DNA from: Eledone cirrhosa
Taxonomy: Eukaryota
Reading direction: 5' to 3'
DNA: 64,000 nucleotides
Assembly: GCA_964016885.1 (NCBI GenBank)
Contig: OZ024743.1
Coordinates: forward strand, 94,550,001 to 94,614,000
Each line of letters begins with the position of its first letter. The stretch's first letter is position 1. This document shows positions 14,117 through 30,004 of this stretch, piece by piece. The notes under the pieces are model-generated. The model had not been told where the DNA came from. It did no database searches and saw nothing but the letters and a program-made list of their open reading frames with translations. The position numbers and the translations under genes were made by a program.

Positions 14117-15104
14117 CTAGCAGTAAAGCCCGGCGTTGCTCGGGGTCGCTCAGTAGCTGTGTTAAAGTTACAATGTTAAGTTTCTTTCTTGGCTTAAAAA
14201 CTGTAGTGTCTACTGTGCAGACTTGCATGTGGTGTTTTTGATTAATATTCCCTCAACCAACAATATGCCTTATGAAGTTAAGAAAACATAACGATAACCC
14301 GAATGTTATAACAAAAGAGGATGCTGGAGAGAAAAACTGCACTGGTTATTTATTAACAAAGATCGAAAATGTAAACACTGCAACGCAGAGAAAAACATTA
14401 GAGTAACCAAATTATCAGTTATGTCTGTCTGCACGCCTATATCACCTCTCTGCACGACTGTCTGTCTGCACGCCTATATCACCTCTCTGCACGACTGTCT
14501 GTCTGCACGCCTATATCACCTCTCTGCACGACTGTCTGTCTGCACGCCTATATCACCTCTCTGCACGACTGTATGTCTGCACGCGTATATCACCTCTCTG
14601 CACGACTGTCTGTCTGCACGACTGTCTGTCTGCACGCCTAACGACGAAATATTTGCTTGTTTTACGTAGTCTTTAAATAGACTTGTTTTCAAGTAAAAAT
14701 ATTGTTTTAAAATGCTTTTAAATGGAAATGAAGCAAAACGGAAGCTTAGTGTTCGAACTGATGAATTTTGCAGGTCAATATTTTGCTGGCTCGACGACAA
14801 CTGTTCGTGTATTGTGTTAATGTCATTTTAAACGCTGAGAAAGCCAGCGTAATTTTTTACGTAAGACGCTCAATGTAAACAGAACAAAGGGAAATAACTG
14901 ATAACTTACGCTCAAAAATCGATACATTATATTCGATTTCGTCACATAGGGCGGGTCAATTTGAAATATTTTTTTTCCGATGTCTTCGCTAGGGCTCAAT
15001 GTACAAGTATAGCAATTTCGGTGCAATTCCGTGAGAGATTCTAAGAGGAGATGTGTGCCAAAAATCGATAGACAGACAGACAACCACAGTTTTATATATA
15101 TAGA
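14117..15104 (-). mobile_element. Non-autonomous Helitron copy 2
   Basis: Near-identical to copy 1 with the same termini and more units of the internal gtctgtctgcacgcctatatcacctctctgcacgact minisatellite. A|T insertion with no TSD. Confidence 0.85.
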
Positions 15105-15404
15105 TTATAAAGAAGGAAGAAACATTAGATATAATTAATAAGATATACCATACCTAAATTTCTTTATTATATTCGACTACGTAGTTTCGCACCACACAAA
15201 TTCAGGGATATATGTGGATATATTCATGTATATGTATGTATTCGCATGTGTCTGTGTATTTCTTTATATTGGTTATATATATATATATATATATATTTCG
15301 TTGACAAATATATCAATATGCCCAGACATGCAGATATATTGCCCTTGGTATGACAGTGTGGTTTTAGCTCCATGTAGGATAACTAGTATACTACAGAGCC
15401 GTTA

Positions 15405-18400
15405 TAGTTATAGGAATAACCAAAGAGTACTTAGAAATACATTGCTTTATTAGCTAACAGTGTTTCATCCATACACCATGGCAGGAATCATCAGAGCCTA
15501 TAAACATGAGTATATCAGTAGATGCATGCTCCATCGAGCTGCGTCACCAGAACAAGGTAAAAGGACCAGAAGGGGGGTCCCAAGGCCAGCGCTATATGGA
15601 AAAAGGCAGAATACATGATGCACATAATGTCATAAAATGTCTTAAAAATTTAAAAATAAAAAAATTAAAAATGACACCAAAAATGTATCACTTAAATGGT
15701 GCAATAGATGATAAAGAGGTTGGGAGAGGGTAGCAAGGGAAGAGTGAAAATAATAAAAAAAATAATAAAAAAGTGCAAAAATACAGGGATAATAAAAGAG
15801 ATAAATATAAAAATACAAAACAATAAAGGAACAAACAGCCCGGAGACCCCAGAGAAATATAAGACAAAGCAAATTATTAAGGGCTTCGAGGAAAATGCTA
15901 ACATTCTCGTCCCCTCAGATAAAACAAAACATTTATATAACTTGGACTACAAGACTTACAGAAACTTCAAATACAGGGAACTCCACAGAAATTATAGGAA
16001 AACTACCTATGGAAACCTAGACGAGATAAATAAGAAAGGGCTAGAAATCGTTAAGACGCTGAACCTGGAAAAGTACACCCAACCTTTCACCCCTAAGCAA
16101 CGCAGATTCACACTGAAGGATCACAAAGAGGACTTCCTTAGTAGCCCCTCAATTAGGCTCATTAGCCCCTCTAAGTCTGACTTAGGGATAATAAGTAAGA
16201 AAATCTTAGACGCCGTCATCCCTGTTATACGAAGTAAAATTTACCTTGACCTATGGGGGAATACTGAGGAGGTCATTAAATGGTTCTCAAGCATTAATAA
16301 CCATAAGTCCCTGAAGTTCATCCAATTCGATATCAACCCATACTATACCTCGATCTCTCCCATCCTTCTAAATAAGGCCCTTATATTAGCTATGCAAAAT
16401 AGTAACCTGACTAGATCCAAAATTGACATCATCATTGCTGCCCGGAGAACTATCATCCTCTTCGAAGACCAACTTTGGACCCGGAAGAACACGACGAATA
16501 ACTTTGATGTCACAATGGGGTCCAGCGATTCGGTGCAGGTCACTTGGTTGGACTTTACCTCCTCCATGAACTGCATAAAACATTCCCGCATTTCAAAGGC
16601 GGGCTATACCGTGACGACGCCCTGTTCACTATTGAATATAAAAAACATAATATAGAAAGGACGAGAAAAGAACTACATAAATTCTTCAAAAGCATAACGA
16701 TAGACATAAATAATAAAACGGTTAACTTTCTAGACGTAACCCTAGACTTGGAAAATAAATACTTCTCACTCTATCACAAGCCAGATGAAACACTAACATA
16801 CGTGAATGCAAATTCCAACCACCCCAGACCCGTCCTAAATGCCATAATTAAAGGGGTATCTGACAGGATTAGCAGACTATCACATAATGAGCATGCATTT
16901 AGGTCTAATGCAAGGTACTATAATAAAGCACTAGCAAAGCCCGGTTTTAGAGAAAAAATATACTACATACATAATAACGCCACCACCAGGGCCGGACAAT
17001 ATAATGTAATCACACACAATATGGCTTTGCCTAATAGAAGCGGACACAAAAATAGGAACTACACGGGTACTGTAGGCGGCTCTGACCAACCCCAAGAGAT
17101 TCCATTTAACACGCCTCATCGGTATGGTAATAACACTAACACTAGCATAAGAGCTAGAAAATTGAAGTACAATAGGAAAGACAAGGAAGCCTGTGAACCC
17201 CTCCGGGTAAGGTTACCACCCCAGGTTCTCTCTACCACGGAAGATGGGTTGTCTATGCGCAGGGCCAACTCTTCCCCTAGTACGAAAAATAAGAAAAATA
17301 GACGAAGATCCAATTCCTACTTTAATCCACCTTACAACTCTGAGATATCAACCAATATACCAAAGGCATTCTTCTCGATCTTGGAACCCCCCCCCCCCCG
17401 GTAGTAAATACCATAGTATCATCAATAAAGACACAATTAAGCTATCATTCTTCACTACTCCAAATCTAGCTCGTCACCTAGCCATAACGAATAACAAAAA
17501 AAGTAGAAAGGGTTTCGATACCATTGCAGCTGCGGCATACCGACAACCACTAGATGGACCTGATGCGGCGTCACCCAGCAATAGTATCCACACTCCCGAT
17601 GTACGGTTGCCAAATCTGGAACGCATGGAACACCAAACATCTCCTGTGCCGCAGACTCACATACACCGAAAATGTAACTGCAGACGAAAGGCGGAGTGCC
17701 CCCTAAAGGGACAATGCCTTATAAACAATATTGTCTACACATGTGATGTTACAACTCGGACCTCCTCCAAAACATATATAGGGTCTACATTGACCCCCTT
17801 TAAGACTGGATACAACTCCCATCGCTATACATTTAGACATGATAGACTTAAGAATACTACATCCCTAGCTAGTTACATATCCCTCCTGAAGAACACTGAT
17901 ATTCAATACACGCTTGATTGGAGAATCATCACTAAATCATCGCAGTACAGACCCCCTAACAAGACCTGTGACCTTTGTCTCTCTGAATCACACGCCATAA
18001 TACACTCCAAACTGAACCTGCTAAATAAGCAGTCGGAGATATTCTCTTCTTGCCCGAACATAAATCTTAGCTCCTTCTATACTTTAGACCAATTAGCTAA
18101 CGCTGTAGGACCTGCATACCTCCGTCCTGTCTGGCCTACGTAAAACCACGCCGCACTGCATCCTGGTTCCTTTGTGACGTTAACTGCCCTTCAGGTGCAT
18201 ATATACTACTCTAATACCTCTTCTCTTCTCCCCACTCTCTTACTTTTCTTCCTCTCTTCCCTGGTTCATCTTATTGGACCACAAGCCAAGCACCCTGGGG
18301 TAGAACCTACTTAAGGCTTTTCACTATACCTAGCACAGCTTGACCCTATATAGGCACATACCCACACTAACCATGTTAGTATGGTTTATAAACACACCCA

Positions 18401-20214
18401 TTGTGCGCTAACTGATAGCACAGCACAATAGTCTGTCGAAAGCCCAGAAAACCCCGCCGCAGCCATAAAGCGGCTGAATTGGGATCCCGGAGTCTAGTTA
18501 ACCTTAACCCTAAAGTGTGTAATAGATCTAACCTAGAATAGTAAACTATGGTAGCAAATCGTGTGGGCTGGGCGCCGCTGAATCGACCTAGCCCCAGGAG
18601 GAAGGGGAGGTTGATCGCCGAGGGCTTCGAATCAAACAAAAGACTCGCCCGTAGCATCCCGTTGGATATCTAATGAATCCGCCGTTTATGACGCGAATTG
18701 CCTCCCATACCTTTCATACGTACACTACGACTTCCTGTGTTTATATTCAGACCACCGTTGTGTGTTACGAGCGAGAGACTAATCTTTGAAGGTTGGAGTT
18801 AGTTGAATATGAATTGTGATCCAGGTTTGATGAATTATAGAACCACACTCTAGGCAGAGTGCAGCACTGGATATTGAACTCCCGCCAACCCAGGAGGGGT
18901 CACATCCGACTGTGAATGGATTGCAACATCCGGAGTCAATAATCTAAACGAAAACCACGTGGCGGAAATATAAATAACATAGCTGTCATTGACAGGTTTG
19001 GTTGTGAGTTCTCCCTTCTATATATATTTATATATTCTACAGAAATGTGCACTCACTCTAATAAACCCACCTATTATTATAACAATATCTGCTCATTCTG
19101 CCATATGTGATTCTGGAAGCGGATTTTCCTATATACACTTTTTCTCTATATGTAACGGGATAGCCATCACGATTTGTATTTACTGTGGTACAGTTGTATG
19201 CGGTGCGGTACATTGGTTGGACGCCAACTTGGACATACAGTGAATTTCACCTGGCACGTTGGATTGAGCGACCGAACGTGGGGATTTTGGAGAATGCCAG
19301 TTTCTGCGGACCTGGCGTGTTTTCAATTTCCTCACATCTGTGCCAGCTGTATATGTACCATACATCTCTTTAACTCGTCGTACTTTCTTTTATTTTTTAT
19401 TTTAGATTTTAGGTGTATATGCCAGACCGCCTATGGTGATAAATCCCCTGGGTATAGGTTTTGAAAAAATAGTGTTATCTCACTTAACGTTCGGAACTGG
19501 AATATGTGGTTAGTAGGGCGCGGATATGATAAGGAGAATCGACCTGTTACAAGACGATATAATTGGAGTACACCATCCCTCACATGGACTATCATACATG
19601 TAAGGTTACACCACTGCTAACCAACTATTCTTTTCACAGACTCATGCTTGCAAACTCTAATGATCTGCGTGTACACCCTCTTTTTGCACTGCTTGTGCTT
19701 TGATGAATTTATGCTTTGCTTTGTCTTATATTTCTCTGGGGTCTCCGGGTTGTTTGTTCTTTTATTGTTTTGTATTTTTATATTTATCTCTTTTATTATC
19801 CCTGTATTTTTGCACTTTTTTATTATTTTTTTAATTATTTTCTTATTGTTTCTGATCATGCTGAGTAATACCCTCACTCTTCCCTTGCTACCCTCTCCCA
19901 ACCTCTTTATCATCTATTGCACCATTTAAGTGATACATTTTTGGTGTAATTTTTAATTTTAAATTTTTAAATTTTTAAGACATTTTATGACATTATGTGC
20001 ATCATGTATTCTGCCTTTTTCCATATAGCGCTGGCCTCAGGACCCCACTGCTGGTCCATTAACCTTGTTCTGGTAACGCAGCTCGATGGAGCATGCAACT
20101 ACTGATATACTCATGTTTATAGGCTCTGATGATTCCTGCCATGGTGTATGGATGAAACACTGTTAGCTAATAAAACAATGTATTTCTAAGTACTCTTTGG
20201 TTATTCCTATAACT
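15405..20214 (+). mobile_element. Penelope-like retroelement 1 (frameshifted RT + GIY-YIG) with inverted 5' pseudo-LTR
   Basis: ORF pieces from ~15870 to 18143 give RLISPSKSDLG, QFDI, MGS, YRDD, NFLDVT, SNHP, FNPPY, CNCRRKAECPL, NIVY..YIG and CDLC. 15405..15870 is the reverse complement of ~19717..20214. Confidence 0.9.
20122..20168 (+). ncRNA. Hammerhead in the pseudo-LTR of PLE 1 (mirror 15452..15498 -)
   Basis: GGCU-CUGAUGA-U[UCC..GGA]U-GAAAC acu GUU-AGCU. Confidence 0.7.
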
Positions 20215-20334
20215 ATATATATATATGCATGCATACATATACACATGCATGCATTATACTCACATATAAATAAATAAATAAGTAAATACCGCCTATGGAA
20301 GCATCATAGCTACCATTAAATACGCACACACACA

Positions 20335-20502
<168 letters not shown>

Positions 20503-20725
20503 ACATTAATTTAGCGAGAATCGCATTTCGGCGGGTAGAAATTAGCGAAACGCAACTTCCGTATTGTGCAGACAAGCTCACCATGGATATGAAGATACCA
20601 GAGCTATAAACATAAGTTTAAATGATCATACAGTCTGAGACGATGGTTAAGAAGCCATTAACCACCTTAGCCAAAAAAGCGAACAAGCTAAAGGGGTCAA
20701 ACAAAATAAGATATGATTGAAATAC

Positions 20726-20789
<64 letters not shown>

Positions 20790-20960
20790 AACAAGTAAGA
20801 CCCCGACGGGTAATTCTGGACAGAGTCCAGAATTAGCCGTCGAAACGGCTTGAGCTCAGCCGTCGGGGTCTTACTTGTTCCTATTACCCACTCTACTACC
20901 CTAAGTATTGAGTACTTTGGTGCGTTATGCTCCACCTGGTTCCTTACCACAATTCCTTCG

Positions 20961-21972
<1,012 letters not shown>

Positions 21973-22008
21973 TATATATATATTTATATATATATAATTA
22001 TATATATT

Positions 22009-22042
<34 letters not shown>

Positions 22043-22049
22043 CATATAT

Positions 22050-22085
<36 letters not shown>

Positions 22086-22094
22086 CTCTCTCTC

Positions 22095-22149
<55 letters not shown>

Positions 22150-22179
22150 ATATATATATATATATATTTATATATATTT

Positions 22180-24727
<2,548 letters not shown>

Positions 24728-24918
24728 TATATATATATTAATTCAAAATATTAACAAAATAGATATTCTCGTGATCAATTATATTTTATTATACATATTT
24801 CAGAGGTACTGAGTTAAGTTCAACAGTACGTCCTCATCAGATAAAATAAAATGATGCATGACTACCATGACTGAATCTTAACCATCTACTATGTCAGGGT
24901 ATGTCATGCATCATTTTA

Positions 24919-24981
24919 TTTTATCTGATGAGGACGTACTTTTGAACTTAACTCAGTACCTCTGAAATATGTATAATAAAA
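24919..24981 (+). ncRNA. Hammerhead within a ~290-bp foldback (24738..25030); mirror on minus strand at ~24784..24846
   Basis: UUUUAU-CUGAUGA-GGAcGUACU..AGUACCUCU-GAAA UAUGU AUA-AUAAAA. Confidence 0.65.
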
Positions 24982-25121
24982 TATAATTGATCACAAGAAT
25001 ATCTATTTTGTTAATATTTTGAATTAATATTAATAACTCTGGAAAACATTTACTTGTTGAGTGCTTCCAATCTATTGTAAAACACATTCTTTGATGTATT
25101 CATTGAACCTTGTTTAACTTT

Positions 25122-25166
<45 letters not shown>

Positions 25167-25168
<2 letters not shown>

Positions 25169-28100
25169 TAAGGTGAATACGATTTTCTATTCTCAAATAA
25201 TGCCTCGACGAGGAAGAAAGAAAACATCTGGTTGGTCTATCGATAGTGGAAAGAAACCACGACTAAGGAGAGCCGAAGAAGGTGAGCAAGATAGTGGTCA
25301 ACACCAACAAGATCGGGACAGGCATGCGAATAGAAGGATCGATGAGACTGATAAAGCAAGGGTTGCGCGTCTGGCAGAACAGAGGGAAAGAGACAGAAGA
25401 AGGAGAGATCATGAATCGGATGGTCGGAGAACTGAACGTCTTTGCCAACAAACCATTAGGGATAGAACAAGGACAGTTCAACGACGTGACCTCTCTGCTG
25501 ATGTTGGACAAATGAATAAGATCTGTGTCTGTTGACATGCAATGCTTTTTCATGGTGAAACTGCTAACTTTTGCTGTATGAATGGAAAAGTCAGGTTGGG
25601 GAATCTGCAGCCTTCACAGTTTATTTAGTACTGATCAACCTAGGGCAAACGAGTTCAGGAAGAACCTCAGACAATACAACTCCTGTTCCAAATGATATCT
25701 TTTGGGGCCGAAGAAGTTCGTTCCTCAAGGAGTGGATGGAATCCTTCTATCGTTATTCATGGTCAAATTCCCCATTACATCGGTTCCTTAACCCCTAATC
25801 CCAACGAACAACCCCAATTTCTTCAAATTTACTTCTTGGATCCTCAGGATAGTGTTGATTTGAGGATCAAGAAGTAGGATGGCATTCAGCGCGACATAGT
25901 TGAATTATTGGAATTAATACTCAGACAATATAACAATATAACAATTCGCCATGTTGGAAAGATGAAACGTGCAGTAAACGGTATCCTAAGCCTTTCAGTG
26001 AATATACATTGTGTGGAGAGGACTCTTATCCTGTGTACAGAAGACGGTCTCCAGGAATGGGAGGATTTGAGGGGCACCAAGAAGGAAGGGGAAGCCGAAA
26101 AATAACTTCGGAATGGGTGGTTCCCTACAATATGAAACTATTAAAACTGTTCAACTGCCACCTAAACGTAGAGATGTGCTCTTCCGTGAAATCGATCAAA
26201 TACGTTATCAAATATACCATGAAGGGTAATGATCAGGCAATGTTTGGAGTGAACAGGGAAGATGAGATAATACAATATTTAACAGGAAGCTGTTGCCTTG
26301 GTACTTGGATTTCCAATTCATGAGAGAGAACCGGTCGTAGTTCGCCTTCAAGTTCATCTACCTGAGGAAAATCAAATCTTCTTTCGGGTCAATGCTGCTG
26401 TAAACAATAACATGGCTAAGACGACTCTCTCTGAGTTCATGGATCTTTGCGATCGCGATCCGTTTGCAAAAACATTGTATTATTCCGATGTGCCAAAGTT
26501 TTACACTTGGAGTAATAAGAGATGGGAAAGGAGAAAGGTGGGGAAAACAGTTGAGCAGTATCCAGGGTTTTTGAGGCGAACGTTTTGGGACGAGTATACA
26601 CTGTTTCTCCACGAAGTGGTGACCTGTATTATTTAAGACTCCGTCTGCATCACGTCAAAGGGACAGTATCCTTCAACTCTTTGAAAATGTGTGATGGAGA
26701 ACTTCTGCCATTATTCAAAGACGTCTGCAGAGAGAAAGGTCTACTTCAATCGGATGATCATTGGCAGCAGACTCTGGAAGATGCTGAGCAAACAAGGCTT
26801 CCCGAAGCCATGAGAGATCTATTGATCGTGCTCCTCACAAATACGGAAATTGACAATTCCAGTGCTTTATGGGCTCGATTTAAGCATTCGCTGTCTGAGG
26901 ATTACCTTCAAATAGAAAAAAAGGCTACCAGAAACTCTAATCTTTTGATTAGCGAGAGACATTATGATCAATGTCGTCTGTATTTTGAAGACAAACTTAA
27001 CGACCTGGGCAAAAGTCTTAGTGACTTTAACTTGCCAAGGCCAAATAATATTGTTGCTAATCAGGATATTGGCAAGTTGGAGTTATTGCATGAATTGCAA
27101 TACAGCAGAGAAGAGCAGCGACGATTTGTAGAAGAGACGGAGCCTCTATTGAATGGTGATCAAAAACAAGTGTACGACTTCGTTTGTAACAGTTTAGAGA
27201 CGAACACATCTGCATTGATTTTCATTGACGCTCCAGGTGGAACAGGAAAGACATTCCTGATTAACTTAATTCTTTCAAAAGTCAGGGGAAACGGTGACGT
27301 GGCTATTGCTGTTGCGTCATCTGGCATTGCCGCAACACTGATGCCTGGTGGAAGAACAGCACATTCTAGGTTCAAAATACCGGTAGTAGTGAAAGAAAAT
27401 GGTCTGTGCAACATTGATAAAAACTCAAAGACGGCAAACCTCTTCCAGCATACAAGGCTGATTGTTTGGGATGAGTGTCCTATGTTCGGAGGGAAAGTTT
27501 CAAAGCTGTTAACCTCACTCTGCGTCATATATGCGACAACAATGAGGCATTCGGTGGAATTTTGACAATTTGCTGTGGCGATTTCCGTCAGCTTCTTCCG
27601 GTAGTGAAAAGGGGGAAATGAAGCGGACGTGGAAAACGCCTGCATTAAAAAATCCTATTTATGGCGAAGCTTCAAAAGATTTCAGTTGAAGACAAACACG
27701 CGGTTGGGTGGGGGAGCAGGAGACTAGTCACAGTTCCTATTGGATATTGGAGAAGATAAGATAAAAAAAACTGAAAATGAGAAAATTATTTTGCCAAAAG
27801 AAATGGTTCTCCAAGCAACAACTATGGAAGAATGTATTGATTTCATCTACCCCTCATTCGACAATCCAGCTGAAGTGTTTTCGGACAATTGCATCTTAGT
27901 ACCTCTCAATGAAATGATGAGAAACATCAATTCCACCTATATCAGACGCTTCCCTGCAACCATAAAAGAGTAGCAATCCTATGATTCTGTGAGTGATGGT
28001 GCCAATGCCACTCATTTCCCGACTCAATTCCTTGATTCGGTTGAACTGTCAGAAATTGATAAAACCTGGAATTGAAAAAAGGATCGCCAATAATTCTTAT

Positions 28101-29300
28101 GAGAAACTTGAATCCCCCAAGGCTTTGTAATGAAACGCGCATGAGCGTGGAAGAACTGCACGACAATCTCATAGTAGCAAGAATCAACACTGCTACTTTC
28201 AGAAATGCGATCGTTATGATACCTAGAACAAGAATTAATTTATCCGAAGGTGAGGATATCCCTTTGCTGCGAAGCCAATTCCCAGTTCAATCGTGCTTCG
28301 CTATGACTATTCATAAAGCACAAGGACAAACTATGGAAAACGTCTTGGTTTATCTGGAACGACCTGTATTCCAACACAATCAACTGTATGTAGCCCTTAG
28401 CCGCGGAAAACGAAAAGAAAATGTCAGAGTGTTTCTGAAGGATACCCAGTCAACTAAGAATGTTGTCATAAAAAGCATTCTTTTGAACAAACTGTAACAG
28501 CGTAAATATGAGAAAATGTTGATTCCGACGTCAGAAAATGAAAGGAAAAGGAAAAACTAAGACAAGTAAGAATAATTTCTTTCAAATTTTTGTAAATAAA
28601 ACCAGCTTTTCTTTAACATTGCAACTTTTTAAGGAGAAAAATCTTTCAGAACAAACAGTCAAGCATCCATAGAGATATAAAAAAAATGAATTTTGAAGTG
28701 GAGTGATTGGATAGCTATTAGTGAAAAATGATTTGATATTTTCCTTGTGAAAATACTTGTGAATAATACAGTGAAAAGACAAGTTTCACGTAAATCGGAC
28801 CACGGGTTCCCGAGATACGCGGATTTTTTTCGGGTACCTTTATAAATAGCCAAATCAGCGCAAAAAGGGAAAATACTTTGAAAGTAAGGTACCATTGAAA
28901 TGTGAATACAAACGCAGATAGTGGTTGTGAGTGAGAGAGAGAGAGAGAGAGAGGGAGAGAGCTGGTGGTGTTGTTGAATGAAATTATGACAGGTGACTTC
29001 AAAGAATCGAATACAGCATTACTGTATCTAGCTGGAATTTGGTGACTGAATATTAAGTTAGATTAAGGTTATAACTTGTGTTAGGACAGGATGTATGTGT
29101 GTGTGTCTGTGACCAGTGTATATAGGGCACAGACACCCCCCCACACACATATATATATACACGTACATATACACACATACACGTAAATATATATATTGGC
29201 TTTCCAATGTCATTTTACATTATATACATTCTGTGTATATTTTAATTATTTAAAAATTATTTTTAAGTGAACATGACCCAACGGGTCACGGGTGGTCTAG
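25167..29300 (+). mobile_element. Decayed, internally deleted Helitron (Rep fragments plus PIF1-family helicase)
   Basis: Motifs FLQIYF, VVPYN..CHLNVE.C.SVKSIKY, DAPGGTGKT, AVASSGIAATL..GGRTAHSRFKIP, IVWDE, FAMTIHKAQGQT and QLYVALSR lie across frameshifts and stops. The 3' hairpin tgaccc-aac-gggtca is followed by CTAG at 29297-29300 and then T. The 5' end is uncertain. Confidence 0.9.
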
Positions 29301-29303
29301 TAA

Positions 29304-29385
<82 letters not shown>

Positions 29386-29476
29386 CGAAGGAAATGTGGT
29401 AAGGAACCAGGTGGACCATAACGCACCAAAGTACTCAATACTTAGGGTAGTAGAGTGGGTAATAGGAACGAGTAGG

Positions 29477-29572
29477 ACCCCGACGGCTGAGCTCAAGACG
29501 TTCCGACGGCTAATTCTGGACTAAATGAAAATTTTTATCCTGGTATATGAATAGCCGAGCTTCTCAGGGGGT
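29477..29572 (-). ncRNA. Degenerate hammerhead in a pLTR-like repeat (29384..~29960; partial copy ~20790..20961)
   Basis: Stem I ACCCC/GGGGU and stem II CGGCUA/UAGCCG are intact, but the cores read CUGAGAA and GGAA. The 20842 copy keeps GAAACGGCU..AGCCGUC. Confidence 0.45.
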
Positions 29573-30004
29573 AATTCCATATATGGTAAACGTGATTGTC
29601 ACAAGGATTGGTCAAACGTTTGTTGTTGAGACACATAATTCTATCATGGCAATTTGTGGAAGGAAGGGGTAGCTGAACCTGCCAGTAGAAGAAAGAGGGA
29701 GAGGGGGTGGAGGAAACCCAGTGGTGCGTTGATAGTGCCAACTACAGCAGGGCAGGAGGTCAAGGAAGTATACTAGGGAGGGGGAGGGGGAGGAAGTCGA
29801 AACAATAAGTAAATCAATATGGGGTAAATATATAGAAGAATACCGAGAATGTTAAAAAAACAATTAAATATAAAAAAAAAAAATTCTGGTTACTATTCCC
29901 TAACGACAGCCATCAAGTCTCTCACTGGTACTGCTAGACTATAGAAAAGTTTACTAGATGGGACGGAATTATAATGAGACCCTTTTAAGAGGTAGTGGAA
30001 ATCA

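Noticed and set aside
14420-14640. CRISPR-like regular repeats
   Set aside because: The units are contiguous with no unique spacers. This is a minisatellite inside a Helitron, in eukaryotic DNA.
19617-19929. Lys/Ile-rich and hydrophobic ORFs
   Set aside because: They are low-complexity readings of the PLE 1 pseudo-LTR, mirrored at 15642-15904.
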